From assembly GCA_964634305.1 (NCBI GenBank), contig CAZWLE010000004.1, positions 35,059-99,058 of the forward strand: DNA of 64,000 nt, in the 5' to 3' direction. Below are positions 35,054-43,437 of the stretch, in pieces. Made by a program: the position numbers and the translations under genes. The notes beneath the pieces are model-generated. The model saw nothing but the letters and a program-made list of their open reading frames with translations, was not told where the DNA came from and ran no database searches. The stretch comes from an uncultured Candidatus Saccharibacteria bacterium (GTDB taxonomy: Bacteria > Patescibacteriota > Minisyncoccia > Phycocordibacterales > Phycocordibacteraceae). Position 1 is the first letter of the stretch, and every line of letters begins with the position of its first letter.

Positions 35054-36895
35054 ATGACGCGCTTCTCTCGTATTAGCCGATGCTACACTCTCTGTATGAG
35101 TGAGCGGTACGAAGCGCCGAAGAGTAGAAGTGAATACAAAGAGCCCGCTGGTTTCTATGACTATGCGACGCAAACTGCGCGCATCCGCACTGAGTTGCTG
35201 TGGAAACAAATTCAACTAGCAGCGGCAAAAGCACCTCTTGCATACGACAAGATGATAGATAGAGGTGCACTTACCAAAAACCAACTTGAGAGTGCCGAAC
35301 ATAATCTTCTTCGAAATGCGAAGAAGCCTGATGGGTATATCACTCCTCGGGATGTTGCGAAGAGAGAACGGATTGCTGGATATGTTGATGCCAGGGATGC
35401 GCGTGTGGGAACTGATAAGACCCGAGAACTTTCAGCGTATCTTCGTTCAACTGCTGAGCTCTATAGAGCAAACGTAGACCATCTTGCGAAAGATTTCGAC
35501 CATACGCTCGTCATCCCTACCGTGCTTACGGAAGTAGAACAACAAGTTGATAGAGCGTTTCTGCCACAAGAGCTCGAAGCATCTAAAACTCTCAGGGCAT
35601 TTGTTAGCGAGTTTAAGGATAAGATGGCCAAGTCACGTGCTCAGTTTGCATCGGTCATTGCTGCATATCCCACCGATATGCGCTCTTCGGAATATGACGA
35701 TAAGAAGAAAGAGACGCAAATAATGCGAGACAGCAAACGGTCAAAGGCCATGCTGACTTCAATCTCATCTTTGTCTAAAGAAATGCAGGGAGTAGATACC
35801 ATATACGAAGACATTATTACTCGCCTCAGTGCTGCAGAGACAAAGGCGCGCAAGAAACCGCAACCTTCTGAAGAAACCGTGCCACTCTCTGCACAGACAC
35901 GTGCAGCATCGGGCGCGCTTGATGCTCTTCCGGATGCGGAAGTACGCTCACTTACTCGTTTTAAAAATCTGTTGCAACAGGAGCGGATTAATAATATCCG
36001 TCAGTACGCCATTACGTACAAAGAACTGATTCGAGCATTCGAAACACACATCAAGACTGGCAAGAAACTGCGCGCGGCAGAAATACATCTTGGCAGAATG
36101 TTAGCGGTCCGTACGGGTCTGCATGCCCAGAGAGAATCAAAGCGGGACAAGATAGGTGAACTTATGCAAGTCGAAGGTGCGTGGTTGAGTCAGAAAGCAA
36201 ATCAGCGCAATGGGCAGGATGATTTTGTTGGTGCATATCTAGGAAACCTGAATGGCCATACTCCTCCCGTTGAAAAAGCGAACAATGGGTGGAGCTTAGG
36301 TTTAGAAGAAATAGGAAAGCGACCAGAAAATGACATCGTTGACATAGTGATGGGCATGCGAAATCGCGCGTTGCTTCCAGAAGACCTAGTTGAGGAAGGG
36401 GAAGAACCAGTTGAATCTGATGAAGATATAGAAACGGCTGAACCGACGCTGGAGGTAATAGATACGCCAACAGAGCCAAAACGTCCACAACCACCCGTCA
36501 AACAGAATGAGCCTATACCGGTAGAACTGGCGCCTATAGTCGCTGAATCAGCCAAGGAAGAATCGAAACCTAAGGTTCTAGTTCCGAAACCAGCAGAGAA
36601 AAAGAAAGGAAACAAAGAAAAAACAGCTAATCTAGAGAAGAAACGAAAGATACTGCGAGGAGTAATAGGGAAACTAAAGGAAGAAAAACTTCCCAAGCCA
36701 AGATCTAGAAATTCATGGGCTGAGGTTGTTAACGCTTTCAAAAAGGAAAAATTGCCTGAAGAAGCGATGCAAGCGGTACAAGAATATATCAATAGTCAGG
36801 AAGCTCTTCGACAAGGACTTAACATCAAATTTGGTCCAAACGGTCGTAAGTTTCTCATTGATGTATTAGAACAGGTCGAGCAAACGCTCGTATAG
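35054..36895 (+). CDS. Large hypothetical, highly charged (Lys/Glu-rich) alpha-helical protein on a lower-GC, tRNA-flanked segment
   Basis: The 613-aa ORF has no recognisable catalytic motif and a KKxK-rich C-terminus. The segment is visibly lower in GC than its neighbours. It is bounded by tRNA-Leu(CAG) on the left and a perfect hairpin plus tRNA-Val on the right. Confidence 0.5.
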   Translation: MTRFSRISRCYTLCMSERYEAPKSRSEYKEPAGFYDYATQTARIRTELLWKQIQLAAAKAPLAYDKMIDRGALTKNQLESAEHNLLRNAKKPDGYITPRDVAKRERIAGYVDARDARVGTDKTRELSAYLRSTAELYRANVDHLAKDFDHTLVIPTVLTEVEQQVDRAFLPQELEASKTLRAFVSEFKDKMAKSRAQFASVIAAYPTDMRSSEYDDKKKETQIMRDSKRSKAMLTSISSLSKEMQGVDTIYEDIITRLSAAETKARKKPQPSEETVPLSAQTRAASGALDALPDAEVRSLTRFKNLLQQERINNIRQYAITYKELIRAFETHIKTGKKLRAAEIHLGRMLAVRTGLHAQRESKRDKIGELMQVEGAWLSQKANQRNGQDDFVGAYLGNLNGHTPPVEKANNGWSLGLEEIGKRPENDIVDIVMGMRNRALLPEDLVEEGEEPVESDEDIETAEPTLEVIDTPTEPKRPQPPVKQNEPIPVELAPIVAESAKEESKPKVLVPKPAEKKKGNKEKTANLEKKRKILRGVIGKLKEEKLPKPRSRNSWAEVVNAFKKEKLPEEAMQAVQEYINSQEALRQGLNIKFGPNGRKFLIDVLEQVEQTLV

Positions 36896-36912
36896 CCAGA
36901 TAGTGATTTGAA

Positions 36913-36950
36913 AACAGAACCCAGACACGAGTGTCTGGGTTCTGTTGTTT
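36913..36950. terminator. Strong rho-independent terminator, a 16-bp perfect stem
   Basis: The structure is AACAGAACCCAGACAC-GAG-GTGTCTGGGTTCTGTT followed by GTTT. Confidence 0.65.
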
Positions 36951-37025
36951 GGTGCGCGCTGAGGGACTCGAACCCCCGACCATCCCGGTGTAAACGGGGT
37001 GCTCTACCAACTGAGCTAAGCGCGC
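36950..37025 (-). tRNA. tRNA-Val (anticodon TAC) with encoded CCA
   Basis: The reverse complement is GCGCGCTTAGCTCAGTTGGTAGAGCACCCCGTTTACACCGGGATGGTCGGGGGTTCGAGTCCCTCAGCGCGCACCA. Confidence 0.8.
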
Positions 37026-37055
37026 GTAGAGAGACCATACCGCAAACACGGTATA

Positions 37056-37337
37056 GTGAAAAGTATGGAGCGTCTCGAAGCCTCGGTCTCGGGAAGGGTG
37101 CAGGTAGTCATGTATAGGGACTTTACCTGTCGCAATGCCCGGGCACTTGGCCTTGTGGGGACCGTCAAAAACGAGAAAGACGGGACGGTGACGGTCGTAG
37201 CAGAGGGGGATCGCTCGAAACTCGACGAGTTGGCGCTTCGGCTCTGGAAGGGACCGCTGCTAGCGAAGGTCGATATGGTGAAAACATCTTTCTCATCTGC
37301 AACAGGTGAGTTTGAGAAATTTCGTATCGTCTATTGA
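37056..37337 (+). CDS. acyP: Acylphosphatase
   Basis: VSGRVQVVMYRDF is the V-GxVQGV-FR motif. GTVKNEKDGTVTVVAEG is the G-V-N-DG-V motif. The ORF is 93 aa. Confidence 0.75.
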   Translation: MKSMERLEASVSGRVQVVMYRDFTCRNARALGLVGTVKNEKDGTVTVVAEGDRSKLDELALRLWKGPLLAKVDMVKTSFSSATGEFEKFRIVY

Positions 37338-37368
37338 GCCGTAGCGGCATACAAGGTACGGTACGCAC

Positions 37369-38112
37369 ATGGAACTCCCCATCATCTATGAAGACGACGA
37401 CATCGTCGCGGTTGATAAGCCCGCGGGCGTCATGGTGCATGCGGATGGTCGTTCAACAGAAGAGACCGCAAGCGATTGGTTTGCAGCACACTACCCAGCG
37501 AGCGCTGAGGTAGGGGAGACGCAGCGGTTGCAGGACGGCACTGAGGTGAAGCGTCCCGGCGTGGTGCATCGACTCGACCGAGATACGTCGGGGGTGCTCG
37601 TGTTTGCGAAGACACAGGAAGCCCATGCATTTTTGAAAGCAGCCTTTCAGGCGCGAGAGGCACACAAAACCTACTTGGCGTTTGTGTATGGCACGCTGAC
37701 AGAACCGAAAGGCGTTATTGAATTTTCAATCGGACGTTCACGTAAGGATTTCCGCCTCCGTTCCGCTCAGCCAAAAGCAAAAGGGACGCTCCGTGAAGCC
37801 ATTACTCGCTATGAGGTGCTCGCTGAGGATAAGGAAGGGAAGTACACCCTTCTTAAGGTAATGCCGGAGACAGGACGCACGCATCAGATACGCGTTCACT
37901 TGAAGGCGATTCATCATCCCGTGGTCGCAGACCCGCTCTACGCTCCAGGCCGAGACAACACCCTGCGGCTCCCGCACCTCGCGCTTCACGCCTTCCGGCT
38001 CGATATCCCGCTGCCGTCAGGAGAGCGGAAAACCCTAGAGGCGCCCTTCCCAGAGGACCTCGCCCCGGGCCTCGCGGCGTTCCCGGACCCCGGCATCGTT
38101 GCCTCCCTGTAG
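37369..38112 (+). CDS. RluA-family pseudouridine synthase
   Basis: The catalytic motif is HRLDRDTSGVLVFAKT. The C-terminus carries GRTHQIRVH. Confidence 0.8.
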   Translation: MELPIIYEDDDIVAVDKPAGVMVHADGRSTEETASDWFAAHYPASAEVGETQRLQDGTEVKRPGVVHRLDRDTSGVLVFAKTQEAHAFLKAAFQAREAHKTYLAFVYGTLTEPKGVIEFSIGRSRKDFRLRSAQPKAKGTLREAITRYEVLAEDKEGKYTLLKVMPETGRTHQIRVHLKAIHHPVVADPLYAPGRDNTLRLPHLALHAFRLDIPLPSGERKTLEAPFPEDLAPGLAAFPDPGIVASL

Positions 38113-38139
38113 ACTGCGTGCTAGAGTACGCCAACTTAT

Positions 38140-38661
38140 ATGGCAGGCATCATCACTCCGGTTAAGACGGAAGAGCGCACCAAACTCGGCATTCGCCCGG
38201 GTGACACCGTGCGTGTTCACCAGAAGATTGTTGAAAAGGGTAAGACGCGTACCCAGGTATTCGAGGGTCTCGTCATTGCAACCAAGCACGGTAACGAGGC
38301 AGGTGCTTCCTTCACCGTCCGCGCCAACATGTCAGGCATCGGTGTCGAGCGTATCTTCCCGCTCTTCGCTCCATTCATCGAGAAGATTGAGATTGTGAAG
38401 CGTTCTAAGGTTCGCCGCGCAAAGCTCTACTTCATCCGTGAGAAGGTGGCTCGTGAGGTTCGCCGCCAGCTCCGCAACATGCGCATGATGAACACTTCTA
38501 CAGATGATTTCATCGAGAAGGAGACCTCAGTCGCTGATGCTGAAATCGACGCAGATGTCGCAGCAGTTGAAGCTGACATTGAAGAGGCAGTTGCTGCAGC
38601 AGAAGCATCCGTTGCTGAAGAGGGCGGGGAAGTGAAGGAAGAAGAGAAGGCGACCGCGTAA
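38140..38661 (+). CDS. rplS: 50S ribosomal protein L19 with an acidic Ala/Glu-rich C-terminal extension
   Basis: The L19 core is GDTVRVHQKIVEKGKTRTQVFEGLVIA...RRAKLYFIRE. A ~50-aa acidic tail follows. Confidence 0.85.
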   Translation: MAGIITPVKTEERTKLGIRPGDTVRVHQKIVEKGKTRTQVFEGLVIATKHGNEAGASFTVRANMSGIGVERIFPLFAPFIEKIEIVKRSKVRRAKLYFIREKVAREVRRQLRNMRMMNTSTDDFIEKETSVADAEIDADVAAVEADIEEAVAAAEASVAEEGGEVKEEEKATA

Positions 38662-38672
38662 GTTTGTGTAAA

Positions 38673-38710
38673 AGAAGCCGGCCCGCTATAGTAGGCGGGC
38701 CGGCTTCTTT
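38673..38710 (+). terminator. Strong rho-independent terminator after rplS
   Basis: The structure is AAGAAGCCGGCCCGC-TATAGTA-GGCGGGCCGGCTTCTTT. Confidence 0.65.
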
Positions 38711-38728
38711 ATAAGGCCAGCAGTACCT

Positions 38729-38810
38729 GCCCAGGTGGTGAAATTGGTATACACGTATCCTTGAGGTGGATATGCCGCAAGGTGTGGAGGTTCGAGTCCT
38801 CTCCTGGGCA
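38729..38810 (+). tRNA. tRNA-Leu (anticodon GAG), long variable arm
   Basis: The fold has acceptor GCCCAGG/CCTGGGC, anticodon stem-loop TATCC-TTGAGGT-GGATA and T-loop TTCGAGT. Confidence 0.8.
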
Positions 38811-38816
38811 CAGAAA

Positions 38817-38850
38817 AAGAAAAACCAGAGTATGCTCTGGTTTTTCTTTT
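38817..38850 (+). terminator. Rho-independent terminator after tRNA-Leu(GAG)
   Basis: The structure is AAAACCAGAG-TATG-CTCTGGTTTT followed by TCTTTT. Confidence 0.6.
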
Positions 38851-38899
38851 GCACTCTTATCCTCTTTTTCATACTGACTTCATCTGCGACTATAGGCAC

Positions 38900-39097
38900 A
38901 TGAAGCAGCGTCTCCTTAAATCTGCCGCCGTGTCGCTTGAGTGGCGTCTCATTGCGTTCATCATTACCGAGCTCTTTTTCTGGGCGACGACCGGTCACTT
39001 CTGGCAGGCAACGATTCTTGCGGTACAACTCCAGCTTATCCTTCTCGTTGCTCATTTTGGTTGGTTTTTTGTGCGCGAAACGAAAACGCAGCAATAG
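38900..39097 (+). CDS. Small hypothetical membrane protein
   Basis: The ORF is 65 aa from the internal Met (MKQRLLK) with two hydrophobic helices. Confidence 0.3.
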   Translation: MKQRLLKSAAVSLEWRLIAFIITELFFWATTGHFWQATILAVQLQLILLVAHFGWFFVRETKTQQ

Positions 39098-39154
39098 CAC
39101 CACCTCGTTGCTCGTGGTATAAGTGCGAAACGTAGCGGGTTTCGCTACAGACAT

Positions 39155-39228
39155 GGCGGCCTTAGCTCAGCTGGTAGAGCTCTGGTTTGTGGTACCAGCG
39201 GTCGCGGGTTCGAGCCCCGCAGGTCGCC
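39155..39228 (+). tRNA. tRNA-His (anticodon GTG) with genome-encoded G-1
   Basis: G at 39155 precedes acceptor GCGGCCT/AGGTCGC. The discriminator C can pair with G-1. The anticodon stem-loop is CTGGT-TTGTGGT-ACCAG and the T-loop is TTCGAGC. Confidence 0.85.
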
Positions 39229-39235
39229 CCGAAAG

Positions 39236-39260
39236 TAAAAACGCCGGAAGGCGTTTTTGC
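39236..39260 (+). terminator. Rho-independent terminator after tRNA-His
   Basis: The structure is AAAAACGCC-GGAA-GGCGTTTTT. Confidence 0.55.
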
Positions 39261-39313
39261 GTTTACTTATCACCCGTGCTTTTATACGCCTCCACCAGAA
39301 CGAGAGGTTACAC

Positions 39314-39538
39314 ATGACCGAACAGGACTGGGAAGAGCTCTATGCTGCGGCCGAGTGGAGCGAGTACATGCGTGCCGTCTTCAAGAAGGTTCGTGAGGCC
39401 GGGTCGCAAGGTGTAGTCCTGGACCATCAGGTATTTCTGAAAGCAGCGCAGATTCTTCGCTTAAGCGAATTTCCGTTCGAGCTGGTTAAGAAACCACGCC
39501 TTCTTGGTGTTGAACGCTGTATCATCAAACGGAAATAG
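39314..39538 (+). CDS. Small hypothetical protein
   Basis: The ORF is 74 aa from the internal Met MTEQDWEELY. A GGGAGG...CCTCCC hairpin follows at about 39553-39580. Confidence 0.3.
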   Translation: MTEQDWEELYAAAEWSEYMRAVFKKVREAGSQGVVLDHQVFLKAAQILRLSEFPFELVKKPRLLGVERCIIKRK

Positions 39539-39598
39539 CGGCGAGAGCGAGAAACGGGAGGCTCCGAAAGGACCCTCCCGTTTTGCTATACTCCCCGC

Positions 39599-39976
39599 AT
39601 GGCTACCTTCATAGATGAATTCAAAGCATTCGCACTCCGCGGTAATGCGCTCGACCTCGCCATTGGTGTGGTCATTGGTGCTGCATTTAATAGCATCGTG
39701 AACTCGCTCGTCGCGGACATCATGACGCCACCCCTGTCTCTTCTCACTGGTGGCATTAACTTCGCTGACCTCGCTATTCCCGTAGGGACGACCGATGCGG
39801 TCATTCGCTACGGTCTGTTTATTCAGTCGATGATAAGTTTCCTTATCACAGCATTCGCACTCTTCCTTCTCGTTCGCTTCATCCACAAGTTTATACATTC
39901 AACGCCACCGCCTGCAGCGGTCAAACCAGCGGAGCTTCTTGTGTTGGAAGAGATTCGCGATTCGTTGAAGAAATAA
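39599..39976 (+). CDS. mscL: Large-conductance mechanosensitive channel MscL
   Basis: The N-terminus MATFIDEFKAFALRGNALDLAIGVVIGAAFNSIVNSLVADIMTP is the canonical MscL start. Confidence 0.85.
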   Translation: MATFIDEFKAFALRGNALDLAIGVVIGAAFNSIVNSLVADIMTPPLSLLTGGINFADLAIPVGTTDAVIRYGLFIQSMISFLITAFALFLLVRFIHKFIHSTPPPAAVKPAELLVLEEIRDSLKK

Positions 39977-39986
39977 TCTGTCATCT

Positions 39987-40646
39987 ATGAAATCACTCAT
40001 TGCCGGTATCGTCGTTATTCTCCTTATTGGTATTGGTGGGTTCGTGTACCGCAACGTAAAGGAGCGCACCGGACAGCCAGAACCTATGGCCTGCACCATG
40101 GAGGCGAAAGTATGTCCCGACGGTTCGTCAGTGGGAAGACAGGGACCAGCGTGTGAATTTGCTGCGTGTCCGCCACCAAACGTTGAAGTAGCGGAAGCAG
40201 GTGTCGCGTTTGCGCTCCCCGACGGATACGTGGCTGACGAAAATGCGTATGGCGCTGATGTGACGGTACTCGGTGCGTTCACCAAGTCATCGCTCTCCGG
40301 GAATCCTCCACACACTATTATCGTTCGCCGCTACCCAATCGCAGCAGGGAAGACCGCCAACGAAACGATTATTGAAAACACGCGGTTCTCACCATCAGAC
40401 CTTCCGGCTGATTCCATGGATGACTTCAAGCCACTCTTCGTGAACGGTAAGACGTTCCAGTCAGTGGTGATTGAGCGCTTCGAGGCGCAGGTACACAGTG
40501 CGTACTACCTTGCACGCCCAACTGATGTTCTTCGCTTTGAAGTCATCGAACATGATGTAACGGAGTGGATGAACCCAGACCTTGTTGTTGCCGACCTTCC
40601 GCAGCACAAGGCGCTCCTTGAGATGCTTGCAACGCTTCAGCCATAG
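39987..40646 (+). CDS. Secreted or membrane-anchored hypothetical protein
   Basis: An N-terminal TM/signal is present (LIAGIVVILLIGIGGFVY). Two Cys pairs lie near the N-terminus. Confidence 0.4.
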   Translation: MKSLIAGIVVILLIGIGGFVYRNVKERTGQPEPMACTMEAKVCPDGSSVGRQGPACEFAACPPPNVEVAEAGVAFALPDGYVADENAYGADVTVLGAFTKSSLSGNPPHTIIVRRYPIAAGKTANETIIENTRFSPSDLPADSMDDFKPLFVNGKTFQSVVIERFEAQVHSAYYLARPTDVLRFEVIEHDVTEWMNPDLVVADLPQHKALLEMLATLQP

Positions 40647-40648
40647 GT

Positions 40649-41047
40649 ATGGGACTTGAAGGTTTGAATGAACAGGAGATAGCGGAGCGTGCTGCACGTC
40701 GAAGACAGGAGCGCGAACAGGAACGTCTTGCGGTGTCAGGGGCCGGTTACTCTCCCGCAGAGCTTCCCGTGGCACTCAACATTAAGAAAGTGCGCGATGC
40801 GTGGTATTCCTCTGCGCAGGCTGAGCAGGTGAACAATCGTATAGCTGATTGGGCGAAAGAGCTCACGGAGCAATATCAGAAGCTCGGGAAGGACCCACTT
40901 CGCCACAAGTACTTCCATGCACTTATTGGTAGTACACCTACGGCAGGTGCAGAATATGATGCAAACCCTGATTTACCTGAGGCTGAGAATTCAGTGCTTG
41001 CCCTCGTTGAACGATTGAAGAAGGAATTTGGTGAACCAAAGGCTTAA
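40649..41047 (+). CDS. Hypothetical protein
   Basis: The ORF is 132 aa and hydrophilic. It starts 3 nt after the upstream gene. Confidence 0.35.
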   Translation: MGLEGLNEQEIAERAARRRQEREQERLAVSGAGYSPAELPVALNIKKVRDAWYSSAQAEQVNNRIADWAKELTEQYQKLGKDPLRHKYFHALIGSTPTAGAEYDANPDLPEAENSVLALVERLKKEFGEPKA

Positions 41048-41847
41048 CCTTCGTGCGCGGTTTCTAGTGCTGGCTCATCGTGATGACCAGGCGCCTCAAT
41101 CCCAAGGAGTCCCATCATGGCAGCAATACCGACAAGAATAGCAATGAACTGTAATGCTGACCGCTTACCGCTGGTTGTTTTGTGTAGTTCTGGGACAAGG
41201 TCAGCGAGTGCGATGTAGATGAATGCGCCGGCGGTGAATGCCGCGATAAGGGGGATAAGTGCTTCGTGTGCCTCGCCAAGCAAGAACGCAAGACCAAGAC
41301 CCGCAAAGGCGGTGAGCGCTGACACAAAATTCAAGAAGAGCGCTTTCATGCGTGAGTAGCCTGCGTGGAGTAAGAGACCAAAGTCACCAACTTCCTGTGG
41401 AATCTCGTGAAGCGCAATTGCGATAGTCGTTGCAATACCAAGTTCGGTGGAAACCATGAACGCGGCTCCTATTGCAAGACCGTCGACAAGGTTGTGTACC
41501 GCGTCTGAACTTAGTACCAATGCACCAACCGGATGGATGCGATTGTGCTCAGGGGAGTACTCATCATCACCGTGGCTGTGGTGCCAGTGGAGGTACTTTT
41601 CAAGAAGGAAGAAGGCGAGCACGCCGCCGAGCGCTGCGAGCGCTACCGAACTTGCGGCTGCCTCGGCAAATGCCTCAGGGAGCAAGTGAATAAAGGCATC
41701 ACCAAGCAGAGCGCCCGCTGCGAGCGAGATGAGCAGGAACAATACTTTTCTAAGAAGGTCTTGGCGAACGGAAAGTCCAGCAAGCCCAAGAAGTGATATG
41801 AGGGATACGGCGCCTACTGCAAGCACGCCTTCTATAAATGGGGTCAT
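41044..41847 (-). CDS. zupT: ZIP family metal (zinc) transporter, ZupT-like
   Basis: The ZIP signature is HEIPQEVGDFGLLLHAGYS and the His-rich loop is HWHHSHGDDEYSPEH. Start was taken at MTPFIEG, giving 268 aa. The track ORF is over-extended to 42072. Confidence 0.7.
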   Translation of the reverse strand: MTPFIEGVLAVGAVSLISLLGLAGLSVRQDLLRKVLFLLISLAAGALLGDAFIHLLPEAFAEAAASSVALAALGGVLAFFLLEKYLHWHHSHGDDEYSPEHNRIHPVGALVLSSDAVHNLVDGLAIGAAFMVSTELGIATTIAIALHEIPQEVGDFGLLLHAGYSRMKALFLNFVSALTAFAGLGLAFLLGEAHEALIPLIAAFTAGAFIYIALADLVPELHKTTSGKRSALQFIAILVGIAAMMGLLGIEAPGHHDEPALETAHEG

Positions 41848-41877
41848 GTGCGGAGTGTAATGCCTACCTGTTCTAGA

Positions 41878-41892
41878 TGCAAGTCGTTTGCA
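41878..41892. promoter_or_regulatory. Palindromic operator candidate in the divergent zupT / fur-family regulator promoter region
   Basis: TGCAAGTCGTTTGCA (TGCAA-N5-TTGCA) lies immediately upstream of the regulator start and within the ~50-nt divergent intergenic region. Confidence 0.4.
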
Positions 41893-41899
41893 TGTAAAA

Positions 41900-42337
41900 A
41901 TGACAGAAAGCAGGTATGATAGGCCGATGGTTGCAGTTACCGAACTCCTCCGAGGAGCGTCACTTCGTGCCACACCCCAACGGGTGCGGGTACTTGAGCT
42001 ACTTGGACGGCAGAAGAAACCAATTTCTGTGGAAGCGCTAGTTACATCCGGAAAGGGAGCGTTTGATACCACAACGGCGTACCGCGCACTCGATGTGCTA
42101 ACGCGCGGCGGCCTTGTACGCCGTATTAATCTTGATCGGGAGCGTGCATTGTACGAAATTGCTGGTGAACATCATCACCACGCAGTCTGTCGTTTTTGCG
42201 GAACGATACGAGACATATCAGCGTGTGTGCCGATTGGACTATCTGCCCGTGTCTGCGCCTCGTCAGGATTCGCGTCTATAGATTCCCACTCCCTTGAATT
42301 CTATGGAATGTGCACGTCATGTGCTGCGAAAGCATGA
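41900..42337 (+). CDS. zur: Fur family metalloregulator, probably Zur by context
   Basis: A winged-helix N-terminus is followed by HHHHAVCRFCG and a second Cys pair (CTSC), matching Fur/Zur metal sites. The gene is divergent from a ZIP zinc transporter. Confidence 0.65.
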   Translation: MTESRYDRPMVAVTELLRGASLRATPQRVRVLELLGRQKKPISVEALVTSGKGAFDTTTAYRALDVLTRGGLVRRINLDRERALYEIAGEHHHHAVCRFCGTIRDISACVPIGLSARVCASSGFASIDSHSLEFYGMCTSCAAKA

Positions 42338-43410
42338 AAGCGTTATTCATAGCAATCGCGTTTTTTGCATTTCCAGCCTTCGGCGCGGCGCAGACAACAG
42401 ACATATACAAAGCAGTCGTACTCGATGTGCTGCTTGAAGGTGAGTATGCAGTGCCGGCAACAAGTCTTGATGCAAAGTATCAAGCACTGTCCGTCAAAAT
42501 ACTTGATGGGGTACGTGAAGGACAGATTGTTTCAGTTACAAACGATTCACCCTACCAACTCCAAGAAGGAGAACAGTTTTACCTACACCACCTTTTTGCT
42601 GAAGATGGGTCGGATGTATGGGCAGTGGGAGAGCCAGACCGAAGCGTTCCTCTCCTTGCGCTCACCGTCATATTCGTCCTCGCTACAGTTATAGCGGGCG
42701 GTATGGCTGGGGTGCGTGCCATCATATCGTTAGCGGGAAGTTTCGTTATTATCCTCGTAGGACTACTTCCAGTACTTCTTTCAGGAGCCCCTCCCGTTCT
42801 TACCTGTATAGGATTTGCAGTCCTCATACTCGTGTTTTCAATGTTTGTCACCCATGGGTGTAATAAACCCACATTCGTAGCTCTTCTTGGCAGCTTTGCA
42901 GCGCTTCTGCTTGCCGCACTAATTGCTGAAGCTGCAGTGGCTGCGGCGCACCTCTCTGGTTTTGTATCTGATGAGGCAGTGTTCCTTAATTTTGAGACGG
43001 GCGGAACCTTAGATCTTGAAGCTCTTCTCCTTGGAAGTATTCTTATTGGTATCGTTGGAGTACTAAACGACATTAGTGTGTCGCAGGTACATACGGTTGG
43101 GGAGATAACGCATGCCAATCCTGCACTCTCACGACGTGAGGTTTTTGCACGCGCGATGAAAGTGGGAAGGGAACATCTTGGAGCAGTTGTAAATACACTG
43201 CCGCTTGCATATGCGGGCGCGGCTCTCCCGCTGTTACTGCTTTTTGCTGATTCTGGTTCGTCGTTCGCCTTTATCGCAAACAGAGAGACGTTTGCGTCTG
43301 AGATTATCCGCATCCTGGCAGGAGGTATAGGTCTAGCGCTCTCCGGAGCTGTAGCAACCATTCTTGCCGCTTATTTTCTTGTCACCAAAAGGCCCCCAGA
43401 GGCGTCGTGA
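42310..43410 (+). CDS. YibE/F-like polytopic membrane protein
   Basis: A signal peptide and ~100-aa extracytoplasmic domain are followed by 6-7 TM helices. The ORF is 366 aa. Confidence 0.4.
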   Translation: MHVMCCESMKALFIAIAFFAFPAFGAAQTTDIYKAVVLDVLLEGEYAVPATSLDAKYQALSVKILDGVREGQIVSVTNDSPYQLQEGEQFYLHHLFAEDGSDVWAVGEPDRSVPLLALTVIFVLATVIAGGMAGVRAIISLAGSFVIILVGLLPVLLSGAPPVLTCIGFAVLILVFSMFVTHGCNKPTFVALLGSFAALLLAALIAEAAVAAAHLSGFVSDEAVFLNFETGGTLDLEALLLGSILIGIVGVLNDISVSQVHTVGEITHANPALSRREVFARAMKVGREHLGAVVNTLPLAYAGAALPLLLLFADSGSSFAFIANRETFASEIIRILAGGIGLALSGAVATILAAYFLVTKRPPEAS

Positions 43411-43437
43411 TAAAGTGTCCCTACTAACCAATAATCC

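Noticed and set aside
39100-39155. Promoter for tRNA-His (TTGCTC...TATAAG)
   Set aside because: The spacing between the -35-like and -10-like hexamers is only about 6 nt, so it is not a credible sigma70 promoter as read.
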